Shown: positions 12,213 through 24,711, counted from the first letter of the stretch. The stretch: 64,000 nucleotides of DNA from Octopus sinensis (GCF_006345805.1 NC_043010.1:47740001-47804000); one strand, 5' to 3'. Translations and numbers: made by a program. Notes: generated from the letters alone by a model not told the origin.

Positions 12213-12806
12213 CAACATAAAAAACTTTTTTTTATATATCTATCATGTAATATGTCCATGTGGTATCATGTCAAAGCACATATGCAGCAACACATAAAAA
12301 TGCCCATGCAATGTCAGGTAAAAGCACTTGTACAACAACATGTAAAAGCACCGATGTACATCACATAAAAGCCTCCATGTGGTGTCACATAAAAGCCTCC
12401 ATGTGGTGCACGCAAAAGTGTCCATGTGGGAACACGTAAAACCTAGGCCACAAGCATTTATATAGCCTATTCTTGGTATTGGCATTTCAAGAAACCATCT
12501 TGAGTTCAAGGATTTATAGGGCCAGTTACCCAGTTTCCATAGCAATACAAGTGACCAAAATCACAAGATTCCCACTGAGCCAGACTCACAGGGTTACTCA
12601 TTTCTACAGCTGAGTGAACTGGAGCAATGTGAAATGAAGTGCTTTGCTCAAGAACACAATGCACTGCTTGGTCTGGGAATCAAACCCACAATCTTGCAAT
12701 TGTGAGTGCAATACCCTGTCCACTAGGCCATGTATTTTGACAAGAGGATGGGAAGAAGCAGAGAAAAGATGTCTAATGTAAGAACAAAATTTCAACACAA
12801 ACTTAC

Positions 12807-12871
12807 CTTACCAGCAGTAAATAAATTATTCTTGTGAAAAAAAATAATGTCCATGGAAAAGTCCCATCCAC
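12807..12871 (-). CDS. CFAP43: CFAP43 exon 7 (GWDFSMDIIFFHKNNLFTAGK)
   Basis: Polypyrimidine tract followed by an AAG acceptor (weaker than usual), GTAAGT donor, 65 nt, phase 1/0 fits. Confidence 0.8.
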
Positions 12872-13430
12872 CTTTCAAATCGATTATCACAGGAGAAGGA
12901 AAGAAAAGAACAAACAAAAAATGAGTAAATCAGGAAAAGAAGGAGAAATAAAGGAAGTGTAAAAAATAACTTAAAGGGTTATTCTTCTACATTTTACCTC
13001 TTACAGTCATGCTGGGGTTCCATTTGGAGGGTTTTAGTTGACCACATCAACCCCAGTACTTATTTTAAAGCCTACAACCTATCTTTGTGAGCTCAATTTT
13101 TGCGACAGAATTAAGTTATAAGACATAAACACAAACAGCACATTTTTTAAAGTAGGATCAATGTAAAAGATATACACAGAAATAAGACACATACAAGCAC
13201 ACTATTGCATGCACACACAGACACACACACACACACACAGTTGTATGATGAAGTTTCACAAGTCAGAAATTAGAGTACATTCCCTACAAAATAATAGAAT
13301 GGATATATATTTATACAATATTAGGTACAGGTATGGCTGTGTGGTAAGAAGCTTGCTACCTAGACACATGGTTCCAGGTTCAGTTCTATCTAGAAACCAA
13401 ATGTTGTCAACAGAATAAAAATCATCTCAC

Positions 13431-13518
13431 CATCATACTCTAGTTCTGTTAATGAAGAATGGGGATCGTCTTCTTCCGGATTGAAAATAATAGTAACTTC
13501 TGAAGTATCTTCGCTGAT
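13431..13518 (-). CDS. CFAP43: CFAP43 exon 6 (ISEDTSEVTIIFNPEEDDPHSSLTELEYD)
   Basis: atttcag acceptor, GTGAGA donor, 88 nt, phase 0/1. Resembles human INGDTLQVTVLNKIEEESP. Confidence 0.85.
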
Positions 13519-13624
13519 CTGAAATCATTCACAGAAAACACATTTAATAATCATTCAATATAACAGATCAATAGCGATATCATCAACTGTAAAAAAAGAA
13601 AACTAGAAAAGTGATATAGTAGAA

Positions 13625-13860
13625 AGGTGGTGAGCTAGCAGAACTGTTAGCATGCTGGGCGAAATGCTTAGCAGTATTTCGTCTGCCACTACGTTCTGAG
13701 TTCAAATTCCGCCAAGGTCGACTTAGCCTTTCATCCTTTCAGGGTCGATTAAATGAGTAACAATTATGCACTGGGGTCGATGTAATCGACTTAATCCCTT
13801 TGTCTGTCCTTGTTTTTCCCCTCCATGTTTAGCCCCTTGTGGGTAATAAAGAAATAAGAA
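13625..13860 (+). mobile_element. Meta-domain SINE family; other copies about 16430-16645, 26010-26890, 28020-28455, 29965-30150, 36230-36420, 37675-38290, 50290-50690, 59930-60165
   Basis: Head GAGCTGGCAGAA...TTCTGAGTTCAAATTCC followed by GCCTTTCATCCTTTCGGGGTCGATAAATTAAGTACCAG (Meta-domain-like). Confidence 0.85.
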
Positions 13861-13989
13861 AAGTGATATGGTAGACAAAAAGCAAAGCTTAAGAAATATC
13901 CAGCTCATTTCTTCATGGAAAGGACAAAAATAAATGGACCAACAAGAAAGACTCTATGTTGTTACTTGATCTCCATTGGTTACCACAAT

Positions 13990-14205
13990 AAGTGTTCTAT
14001 TTGATCTAATAAACAGAACAGCCTGCTCATGAAATTAATGTGCAAGTGGCCAAGCACTCCACAGACACACCCTTAATGTAGTTTTCAGAGAGATTCAGTG
14101 TGACAAGGCTGGCTCTTTGAATTAAAGGTACTAATCGTTTTTGCCAGCTGAGTGGACTAGAACAACATGAAATAAAGTGTCTTGCTCAAAGACACAACAC
14201 GCTGC
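13990..14205 (-). mobile_element. CORE-like SINE; related copy 12550-12730
   Basis: TGTGTCTTTGAGCAAGACACTTTATTTCA...CCACTCAGCTGGCAAAAA. The 12550 copy retains a tRNA-like head. Confidence 0.65.
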
Positions 14206-14213
14206 CTATAATA

Positions 14214-15344
14214 TTATTCAATAAAGCCACCTTCAGCTTCAACAACTGCTTCTATATGAGATCTAAATCATCTACATGCTCAAAGCAAGTGGTCCTAGTT
14301 CATTTTGGACAATACTCTGACTATGGCAGCTTTCAAAGAATCTTTAGTGTTATGGGCATGTTCATTGACCTCTCTCTCTCAACAATGCTCCACATGTAAT
14401 AGTCCAATGGATCAAGATCTAGGGAATTAGGAAGCCAAATGTTAGGAGTTATATGATCATGAAAATTTTCAGTCATCCATTCCTGTGTTACTAGAGCCAT
14501 GTGTGATAGTGCAGAGTCTTACTGAAACACATATGGCTTTCCATTGCATACACTGTCTATCTAGGGCTTAACAATTATTTCCAGGACCTCAATGTAGGCA
14601 GCAGAGTTAATTCTAAGGCCTTGTGGAAAGAAGTAAGGAGGCATCATATGACCTTCATTGCTGACAACCCCTAAAACCATGACAGTTGCAGGAAATTTTG
14701 CATGCTTAGAACTTCAGAAGGGTCTGCACATAACCATCTGTCATTTCCTCTGTTAACTTACTGATCTTGGTCAAAGTTTTTCTTGTTTGAGAAAAACTAA
14801 ATCAAATTATCTGCTGGATTTTTCAGTTTGTTTAAGAACCTTTTAGATTTGATTAGTGATTTTCTTCTGCTTTTTCTGACAAATTGACCTTTCCACATCA
14901 TATAAGACTTATATCTGATGTCTTCATGGACAACATTTCTGACTGTTCCTTCTGACACATGGAGATCTTTTGCAATTGACCTCATGGACTTTCTGGGATT
15001 GTAATTGATGGTCTGTTGAACTTATTGGATAAATTCAGGTGTTCTGATGATTTCAGAGCATTTAGAATGCTTTTTATACTTTGATACTGGTGATACATTT
15101 CCATCTTCAGCCTCTAGCTCCTTACAAACTTTGTATGTGAAAGATCTAGCAACTTTTAAAAATTGAGATATTTCTAAATCACTATGCTCAGCCTTTATAA
15201 CCACAATAACAGCATGCCTCCTCATTCCTTGAGTAAGCTGATGGTCCGCCATTATTATTTTCTGCATCAAAGATTATACAGAGTTAGCAATAAATGCAGC
15301 AATGACCCAAAAAGGGTATGTCCTCAAATACCTTATGTACACTG
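14214..15344 (-). mobile_element. Near full-length decayed maT (DD37D) transposase gene with 5' TIR
   Basis: TA|CAGTGTACATAAGG end at 15344. MADHQLTQ...RSIAKDLHVSEGTVRN...VFQ*DSALSH...LDPLDYYMW...EAEGGFIE*. 37 residues counted between the 2nd and 3rd Asp. Several stops. Confidence 0.9.
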
Positions 15345-15460
15345 TATATTTTTTTTTCAAGATTAAATAAAAAGAAGACAACAAACGGAAAATATGACAT
15401 ACCTATATATTTATAAGATTTTTTAAATGTATAGTAAGTAAACAAATGAACACATAGTAA

Positions 15461-15492
<32 letters not shown>

Positions 15493-16110
15493 ATGTATGT
15501 ATACATATCATCATCATCATCATCGTTGTTTAATGTCCGCTTTCCATGTTAGCATGGGTTGGACGATTTGACTGAGGGCTGGCGAACCAGATGGCTGCAC
15601 CAGGCTCCAATCTTGATCTGGCAGAGTTTCCACTGCCGGATGCCCTTCCTAATGCCAACCACTCCGAGAGTGTTGTGGGTGCTTTTATGTGCCACCAGCA
15701 CAAGGGCCAGTCAGGTGGTACTGGCCCTTCTCAGGGCATTGGTTGGCCTGGGGTTATAGTAAAAGACACTTTCCCCAAGATTTTGCACAGTGAGACCAAA
15801 CACAAAACTACCTGGTTGCAATGCAGGCTTCTTAACCACACAGCCAAGTCTGGGAACATTTCCATATAAGGATTATATAAAACCTAGTCCAGAAGCTGTT
15901 GACAATGTCTTGAGTATTTCACAGTGGTTACTTCCATACTTTGAGTGTAATTGAGCAGAACTGAACAAGAGCATTCAACAACTACAACGACAATGGCAGT
16001 GGTAGGAGTAATGAATGCCATTGGCACCACCTATCAATGATGACAATGATGATTACCATAATTCGATATGTCTGATGAAGCAAATGTAAATTCAAGACTC
16101 AGAGGCTTAC

Positions 16111-16345
16111 TTTCAAAAGATGTCCATGCTCACAGCCTATAAATACAGCTGAGTCTGACTGCCAACTCTGTGAGACGGGATGTACGTGAGGAATATTTTC
16201 AAGTTTTTGGTGTAATTTATAAGCTTCCTTTCCTGTGATACAAGCTACAGCAGGCAGAGGTATTTCCAAACCAGGATGCTGCAGTTGTTCATTTTCTTTA
16301 TACTTAAACTTCACTGTCTTACTTCGTGGAGGACAATCAATAGCT
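16111..16345 (-). CDS. CFAP43: CFAP43 exon 5 (AIDCPPRSK...HPVSQSWQSDSAVFIGCEHGHLLK)
   Basis: cccacag acceptor, GTAAGC donor, 235 nt. Resembles human [23 protein letters not shown]. Confidence 0.92.
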
Positions 16346-17999
16346 CTGTGGGAATAAAAGAGTTAAAGTATGTTAGAGCCTTGAGAATTTTTAGTATGAA
16401 ATTGTGAAACAGAGAAATCATCAAATATTTCAGAGCTGGCAAAAACGTTAGCAGGCTTAGCGATATTTCGTCTGCTGTTACGTTCTGAGTTCAAATTCCA
16501 CCGAAGTCATCTTTGCCTTTCATCCTTTCTGGGACGATAAAGTAAGTACCAGTTATGCACTAGGGTCGATATAATCGACTTAATCCCTTTATCTATCCTT
16601 GTTTGTCCCCTCTATGTTTGGCCCCTTGTGAGAAATAAAGAAATAAAAAGATATTTCTAATAATTAATTTGATAATGCCTATTGTTGGTAATTATTGAGT
16701 TTTCAAATACTGTGCTCTTGTGAGAAGAAAACAACAAATGGAAACTTAAATAAGCTCTAAGGATTCTTTACATTTGAACAAGACAAACAAGATAGATTTC
16801 ATTCTTTCCAGAAAGCAGGATAGGCAGATGGCTGTGAATGCCAAACCTTTTGCTGGTGAAGAATATACCATCAAACATAGATTTGTGATTAATGATTTCA
16901 GGGTAAGAGTTAGTTTGGAGAAGAAGGATATACAAGCTTAAAGGGACATCAAACAGTTGTCAGTTCAGAGAAGTACTAGTTGAAGCATTTGATGAGAGAA
17001 AGGAGGAATTGGAGAGATATGATATTTTTCCATATTATATCTATATAAGAGGACAACCAGAAGTTCCTTTGAGACAATCTACTGAAGTCTATAGACCACA
17101 TCTATCGCTGGATCTTGGCTCAAGCAGACAGAAGGGGGACATCATGGCAGTATATTATTATAGAGAGTCATGAAAGCTAAGAGACAGGCCAGAAAAACTG
17201 GAAGAAAGGCAACAGTAGTGAACAATACCAAATGACTTAAAGAGAAGCTAGGTGTCAGGTATATTTAGCAAAGAGATGAGCAGAAAGCAGAGGTGTGCTA
17301 ATGTTCTGTAGTGTACAAATCAGAGTGCGAGATGGTCCAGACTTTGAGGCAGTTACTGACACCAAAAGAGAAAACAGCATTGTTGAATATAGAAAAGCAT
17401 AAGAGAGGGAGAGGGAGGGAGGAGAGAGTAGAGAGAGAGGAGATGAGAAAGGTAGGAGGGAAGGGGACAGAAAGAGGAGAGGACGGGAAGAGAGAGAGAA
17501 AGAGAGGGGGTGTCTACTCTAAGTAATCCAACTGAGCCTTTCAAATTGACAGCAATTGCAGACATAGAGATAGAGAGAAAGCAGCTAGTCCTTCATAAAC
17601 AGTCACTGAGATTATTAGAATATCTAACAAGGTTTAAACCGGCCATATCCAGCCAAAATATTCTACTTATTTTATGTTCAAATCAGCCAGATCCAGTCTC
17701 TCACACCTACCCTACAATGTCATTCAAAAGCTAAACAATGAGATCATCAAAATCTTGAAGCTACGAGACGATACATGATTAATTTAAAACAATGTGAATA
17801 AATAAGTATTATATTTGATAGCGTAATCAGAATGCTAAAGGGATAATGATATTTAAAATAACATAAGGGACTAAAGCCATCTGAATATGGCTAGGGACAG
17901 GGCAGGGTGGTGGGGGTGTTACTGTTGCATAAAAAAATAGAAATAAAGAACTATGTAACGATTATGAAATATCTTGGAAAATAAACAAAAATTACTTAC

Positions 18000-18167
18000 T
18001 TTAACACCATTTCAAAATAATCATTTGACTTCATTATCCTGTAAATGTAGATTATATCAGAGTAGGTCACACACAGATTTTGCCAGTTGCTAGGATTGAA
18101 GGAGATACTTGTTATATTACACTGTGGCAATTCCATGGTGCAAAGCTTCAGACCTTCGTGATAGTTC
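18000..18167 (-). CDS. CFAP43: CFAP43 exon 4 (NYHEGLKLCTMELPQCNITSISFNPSNWQNLCVTYSD...)
   Basis: ttcctag acceptor, GTAAGT donor, 168 nt. Resembles human MSFNPMNWRQLC. Confidence 0.92.
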
Positions 18168-18235
18168 CTAGGAAATAAATTGAAAAAGATTGAGTGAATG
18201 TATGTATATATATATATGTTTATATATATATATAT

Positions 18236-18273
<38 letters not shown>

Positions 18274-18386
18274 TAATTAGATTAATTAATTAATCAATTA
18301 ATTAACGATTTTGCCAAGTAGATTGGTACGTTAAAATAACCTTTATAGATAAAAATTATGTATAAATATATCTATCTATCTATCTA

Positions 18387-18438
<52 letters not shown>

Positions 18439-18487
18439 GAGTTATATATACATATTGTTGTCAATAGTGGAACATGACTGTCACTAC

Positions 18488-18529
18488 ATAAACCTGATGA
18501 TTGCATAACGCACGAAAGTACTAGTTTAT
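18488..18529 (+). ncRNA. Minimal type I hammerhead ribozyme, copy 1
   Basis: ATAAAC-CTGATGA-t-TGCataacGCA-c-GAAA-GTAC-TA-GTTTAT. Stem I is ATAAAC/GTTTAT, the core is complete, stem III is the palindrome AGTACT, and the CUA cleavage site follows 18523. Confidence 0.8.
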
Positions 18530-18807
18530 TTCAATATTGTAAAATTGCAAATATTGGAAATAATAAAATGTGGAAATCAGACTAAGGTGGAATTTCATTG
18601 ATTAATGTATATATATATATATATATACATTAATCAATGAAATTCCACCTTAATCTGATTTCCACATTTTATTATTTCCAATATTTGCAATTTTACAATA
18701 TTGAAATAAAATATATATATATATATATACATTAATCAATGAAATTCCACCTTAGTCTGATTTCCACATTTTATTATTTCCAATATTTGCAATTTTACAA
18801 TATTGAA

Positions 18808-18849
18808 ATAAACTAGTACTTTCGTGCATTATGCAATCATCAGGTTTAT
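18808..18849 (-). ncRNA. Minimal type I hammerhead ribozyme, copy 2 (sense to CFAP43 pre-mRNA)
   Basis: Reverse complement reads ATAAAC-CTGATGA-t-TGCAtaaTGCA-c-GAAA-GTAC-TA-GTTTAT, with a perfect 4-bp stem II. Confidence 0.82.
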
Positions 18850-18898
18850 GTAGTGACAGTCATGTTCCACTATTGACAACAATATGTATATATAACTC

Positions 18899-18982
<84 letters not shown>

Positions 18983-19124
18983 TAGATAGATATATTTATA
19001 CATAATTTTTATCTATAAAGGTTATTTTAACGTACCAATCTACTTGGCAAAATCGTTAATTAATTGATTAATTAATTAATCTAATTAATAAATTTTACCC
19101 TTCTATTATTAATATATATATATA

Positions 19125-19345
19125 CAAGGGGTGTTCATTAAAGATTTCTTCTGACCCACTTCCTGTTATTGCAGGAAACGGAACTTGTACAGGTATAATC
19201 ATACATGTCTCTAGATGTGACATTGTAAATTGCAGCTTTCCACTAGTATTCATTTGTCTTTTACGACTACAGAAGTGGACTAAGGTGTTATAATGGCGAT
19301 AGTTGAATGTAGGTTAGTGATCAGGTTCTTAATATAAAAACAATT
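19125..19345 (+). mobile_element. 5' end of a mariner element
   Basis: TA|CAAGGGGTGTTCATTAAAG TIR. ATG at 19293 gives MAIVECRLVIRFL, a mariner-like N-terminus. Confidence 0.65.
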
Positions 19346-19384
19346 TTACATCTGATGGGTTATTTTATTATTTTTTTAGAGTAC

Positions 19385-20680
19385 ATCATCATCATCATTT
19401 AGCATTTGTTTTCCATGCTGGCATGGGTTAGATGGTTTGACTGGAACTGGTAAGCTCCAGACTGATTTTAGATTAGTTTCTCCACCAGGATGCCCTTTCT
19501 AACAACAACAACTCCAAGAGTGTAGTGGGTGCCTTTCACATGTCACCGGCACAGATGCCTTTTATGTGTCACTGTCATGGGTGCATTTTATATGTCACCA
19601 TCACAGGAGCATTTCACATGCTACCAGCATAAGGTGCCTTTTATGTGTCACCATCATGGGCGCCTTTTATGTGTCACCGGTACTGTCCATGACTATGATT
19701 CCATTTGTCTTGATGAATCTCCTCAAGCACAGAAAACCACCAAAGGTCTCAAAGGTCTCATTTGTCATTGCCTCCAGGAGACCCAACATCTGAAATCACG
19801 CTTCACCACCTTGTCCCATGTTTTCCTGGGCCAACCTCTTCCAAAGGTTCCCACCACAGTTAGAGATTGGCACTTCTTTACACAGCTGTCCTTGTCCATA
19901 TGCATCACGTGACCATACCAGTGCAGTCAGTCTTCTCTCTTGCACAGTACATCTGATGCCTCTCATGCCCAATTTTTTTTCTCGAGATACTTAAACTCTG
20001 TTGCACATGCACACTGACATTGCACATCCAGTGAAGCATACTAGCTTCACTTCTTTCAAGCCTTCACATGTCCTCTACAGTCACAGCTCATGTTTCACTG
20101 TCGAGTAGCATGGTTGTTTGCACACAGGCATCATACAACCTGCCTTTCACTCTGAGGAAGAGTCCCTTTGTTACTAATAAAAGTAGAAGGTCTCTGAACT
20201 TCGCCCAACCTATTCTTATTCTAGCATCCACACTCTCAGAGTATCCACCTCTACTGCTGACTTGGTCGCCCAGATAATGGAAGCTATCAACTACTTCTAA
20301 GTATCCCCACTTGGCATCTGACAGAGTCTATTTTCTGTACATTACTTGAGTTTATTGTACCTGTACATCTGCTACACAAAGACTATTTTCCCTGTTAACC
20401 TTTCTCTGATATTGCTGCACCTCTTATGTGTCCATAGCTTGTACCAGGTACACCTTATGGAGTTTCTACCTATGCTTTTTCTACATAGCAAGCAGGGCCG
20501 TCTCCCTGAAGGGACTTGTGATTTGTCTGTTTCCTACTTACTAAGACTTTGGTCTATGCTAAATTAACTCTAAGGCCTTTGCCTGAAGGACTATAATGAA
20601 CAAGATGAGGTTGGGGACAGATCCTTGGTGAACTCCAAGTTGTACACTGAATCCATTACTATACTCATTGCCAAGGATTT
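19385..20680 (-). mobile_element. 5'-truncated RTE LINE with 3' UTR repeats and (GAT)n tail
   Basis: GVHQGSVP...FIIVLQA at about 20580-20640, same family as 2263-4395, shared 3' tail. Confidence 0.85.
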
Positions 20681-20745
20681 GGTGCTCCTTTTGAGATATG
20701 TGTAGTACATAACTACTATTCCATTCTTTTCAAACACAAACTCTG

Positions 20746-20787
<42 letters not shown>

Positions 20788-21110
20788 CAGCTAGTATTAA
20801 CACTTGGAGCCATTATCAAATAAAGAATTGAAAATGTAAAAAAGAAAAATCAGCAAGAATAAATATGTATTTATAAATTTATAGATTAATGATAAACTGC
20901 ACAATATTTTCATGCTATTGACCTTTTCAAACTAATGTGCTATAAAAATGAGATTAAATTAAAGTACATATCATAGCAAAATATAGTTCTGAAAAATTAT
21001 GGGAAAAAAACATATTGAACATACAGTGAGAGGTGGAGTGGGTCAACCTTGAATTAAGCTTTTCTTTTTTCCTTTTTGCTCATAGGTTTCAAATGTACTT
21101 TATTTGAATA

Positions 21111-21114
<4 letters not shown>

Positions 21115-21147
<33 letters not shown>

Positions 21148-21300
21148 ACACACACTCACTCACAGATACATACACACATGCACACACACACACGCACACA
21201 TACACACACAGACACACACGTGCACACACACACAAACACAGTGTGTGTGCACAAGTGTGTGTGATGGATGTCTGTGAACATGCATGTGTGTGTATGTGTG
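21115..21300. repeat. Compound (CA)n/(TG)n microsatellite
   Basis: Directly visible. Confidence 0.9.
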
Positions 21301-22163
21301 CATGCATGTGTATCGTTTATCTTTTATTTTTTACTTGTTCTAGTCTTTCCACTGTGGCCATGCTGGGGCACCGCTTTGAAGGATTTTTAATCATATGAAT
21401 CAGCTCAAGTACTCATGCTATCAGTTTCTTTTGCTAAACTGCTAAGTTATAAGGAAGTAAACACACCAACATCAGTTGTCAAGTGGTGGTGGGGGACAAG
21501 CAGACAGAAAGACGCACACACAGATACACTCACATATATATACAATGGGCTTCTTTCAGTTTCCGTCTACCAAATCCACTCACAAAGCTTTAGTCAGTCC
21601 AAGGCTATAGCAGAAGACACTTGCCCTAGGTGCCATGCAATGGGACTGAACCTGGAACCATGTGCTTGGGAAGCAAGCTTCTTACCACACAGCCATATCA
21701 TATCATCATCATCATCATCATCGTTTAACGTCCGTTTTCCATGTTAGCATGGGTTGGACGATTCAACTGGGGTCTGGGAAGCCAGAAGGCAGCGCCAGGC
21801 CCAGTCTGATCTGGCAGTGTTTCTACGGCTGGATGCCCTTCCTAACGCCAACCACTCTGTGAGTGTAGTGGGTGCTTTTTATGTGCCACTTGCACAGGTG
21901 CCAGACGAGGCTGGCAAACTGCTGTGATCGGATGGTTCTCTTACGTGCCATCGGCACTGGTATCACAGCTACAATTTCTATTGATGCTGATCGATTCAAT
22001 TTTGATTTTGACTTGCCTCAACAGGTCTTCAGCATATATATATATAGCATTTTCTTAAAGCCAAAAAAATTTGACACACTGTTACAGAGTTTCACATGAC
22101 CATTCATCAGACTACTGGGATGTGTGTGTGCGAGTCTCACTCAATGAAAAAATGTTTTGTTAC

Positions 22164-22257
22164 CATAGATTTAGTTCATAATCAGGAAGTCCTGAGATGC
22201 TGACCAAATAATCAGAAGGAGAAAATAGCAAAGCCTGACATTCTAATTTTCCACCAC
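22164..22257 (-). CDS. CFAP43: CFAP43 exon 3 (GGKLECQALLFSPSDYLVSISGLPDYELNLW)
   Basis: ctttaacag acceptor, GTAACA donor, 94 nt, phases 1/2 fit both neighbours. Resembles human YLASYSSLPEFELALW. Confidence 0.9.
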
Positions 22258-22415
22258 CTGTTAAAGAAAGAGAAAAACCTTGATGAGTCTGTAGAAAAAC
22301 TGTTGAAAATTATTCAAATATAAAATCTTTCAGGAGATGAAAATTACAGTAACAGCAAGATTGACACTTTTGTTACCATATTTCTGTTGAGATGCTCTGT
22401 GTTTCTTTTAATTAA

Positions 22416-23830
22416 TCTATAAAATAAATCCTGTTCTGTCTGTGTGTGTGTGTGTAAGAGATTATAACAGCTGTATTTTTCGACTGATTTTCTCCAAACT
22501 GGGAACATAGATTGCTTAAGTTCCAGGGATGGTTTTAGACTCTTAAAATTTTTCACATAATGAGTAATGTGCCCACTGGGGGGCAGAAAACACCCATTTC
22601 TGGATTACGTGGAGAAAGAAGATAACTCTTTGCGAAATAACTTTCAGAAATTGATTGTCTCCCTTATATCCATTGGTCATAAAACAAAAAATAAATATTG
22701 CTTTTTATATTAGATTCATGTTAGATTCATTTTAAAATATTTGCTTCTGGTTTTCTATATTTCTCTATCTATATCTCTCTATCCATCTCTCTCTATTTTT
22801 CTATATCTCTCTATCCATCTCTATCTCTCTGTACTTATCTGTCTGCCTATATCTAACTTATTTGTCTAACTAGCTAGCTCTCTCTCTCCCCCTCTCTCTA
22901 TATCTCACTCACTCTCTTATTGTTTTCACTTTCATTTTTCAGATGCTTTGGTTTTCTCTTTAAGTTCAATCGCTATTGTTTTCACTGTAAGTTTCCAATC
23001 GCTATTTACAAACAACAACTGCAAATTACTGACAGAAAGAAGTTCACAATTACTGATGAAAGTAATTTCATACATAATTTCGCTTCAACCCATACAATTC
23101 TTTATTTTCTGTAAAAATTTCTTATTTACTTTCTACCCATCAAATTAAGAAATATAATTTCTGTTACCCAGTTATTTTCATTGTTTACTATCTTCTACAC
23201 CCATGTATTTCTGTATACGTATATAACCATGCCTAGAAGGAAAGTGTGAAATTTGTCTACATTGTCAAGGTCAGCCAAAAGAATGTCTCTGTCCAAGGAA
23301 AGAGAAACAGCTGCAGAAAGAGAAGAAATGAACAGACGGTGCACTACAAAAGCCAAAGCATCTCAAAGTGATGATCAGAGGTATGCATGGCTGACAAGAA
23401 ATAAGATCTCCACTGCAGAATGAACAGCAGTTGCAGCAGCTTAGAAAAGCAACTTCTATGAAGCAGCTTTCAATTATGATCCAGCAGTTCATTATGCAGA
23501 TGACACTAGAATTTCCATTGGTGCAATGACAACTGAGTGCATACATTGTAAAGCAAGGAAGTGGCCTGGGGAGACACCTGCACTGTGTTGCAGTGGTGGA
23601 AAGGTTAAACTCCCTGCACTCCCCCAACCTTCAGAGCCATTGAAGAAACTGCTGTCATCAAGTGGCCAAGATTCCAAGCACTTCCAAAACAAAATTACAC
23701 AATACAACACTACACTATAGATGACATCATTTGGAATCACAAGAGATTTAACTGAGCCAGGATTCATGCAAACTTTCATGATCCAAGGTCACATTTATCA
23801 TCTATTTGGCTCTCCATTATCTCTGTCAAA
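22416..23830 (+). mobile_element. 5' part of an autonomous-type Helitron (Rep N-terminal remnant)
   Basis: A|TCTATAAAATAAA 5' end. CIHCKARKWPGETPALCCSGGKVKLPALP...FQNKITQYNTTL*MTSFG...TFMIQGHIYH is typical of the Helitron RepHel N-terminus. Confidence 0.85.
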
Positions 23831-24080
23831 TGAATAATCAAAATCGGCCTTTCATTGTCTTTTGGTTACGAAATAAGCTAGACACAACGTGTTTTTGAAT
23901 TACGTGTATTTACTTTATATACATATATGAGTTGAAAACTTTCTTTTAAGATTTCACTTAACATCTATGTTCCATGCTGGCATGGGTTAGAGAGTTATTA
24001 ATGTAGAAACATGGTATCTCAGCTACTAGCAGTTGTGACCTGCATAATCTTGACAGCATTTTAAAATTTCATTATTCTCT

Positions 24081-24287
24081 TTAACCCAGACAACACCAGG
24101 TATTTCTGCTAGTTTTAAATATAACAAAAAATTTAGTAAAATAACTTAGTTATCATTACGCTAGTGTTAGGAACATAAATTGTGACTAAGGGTTAGTGGA
24201 AGGTTTTAATTCAGAACTTTTGAAAACAAGACATTTGTACTACAGAGCCAGTGGCAGTTTCAGACAGGTTGGTATCAAAAGGGTTAA
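24081..24287. mobile_element. Second piggyBac-type MITE family (TTAA|CCC...GATACC end)
   Basis: TTAACCC ... GGTATCAAAAGGGTTAA. Related ends at about 25205 and 51985. Confidence 0.6.
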
Positions 24288-24711
24288 GATACTGGATCAC
24301 TGACAATATAGTCATTACTTTAATTCTTTAGAATTTACACTGGCTATATTTGGCCCAAATATTCTACCTGTCTTTATGTTCAAACTGGCCAGATTTGGCC
24401 TCTCACACTTACCCTACAATGTCATTCTAAATGTAAACAATCACATAATTGAAATCTCAAGCTTCGAGATAATGCCTGATTAATTCAAAGCAATACTCTT
24501 TACTCTCTTTTGCTTGTTTCAATCATTTGACTGTGGCCATGCTGGAGCGCAGCCTTTAGTCGAGCAAATCGACCCCACAACTTATTCTTTGTAAGCCTAG
24601 CACTTATTCTATCGGTCTCTTTTGCCGAACCGCTAAGTTACGGGGGACGTAAACACACCAGCATCGGTTGTCAAGCATTGTTGGGGGGACAAACACAGAC
24701 ACACAAACACA

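Larger units (their letters stand above)
18268..19110. mobile_element. (TA)n-embedded inverted pair of Penelope-like pseudo-LTRs/retrozyme units
   Basis: Arms 18268-18607 and 18730-19093 are near-perfect reverse complements. An extra partial arm lies at 18628-18710. TA runs sit at every junction and each full arm carries a hammerhead. Confidence 0.65.

Noticed and set aside
20591-20803. Minus-strand ORF as a CFAP43 exon
   Set aside because: Another frame gives the RTE motif GVHQGSV, and CFAP43 exons 3 and 4 already join in frame.
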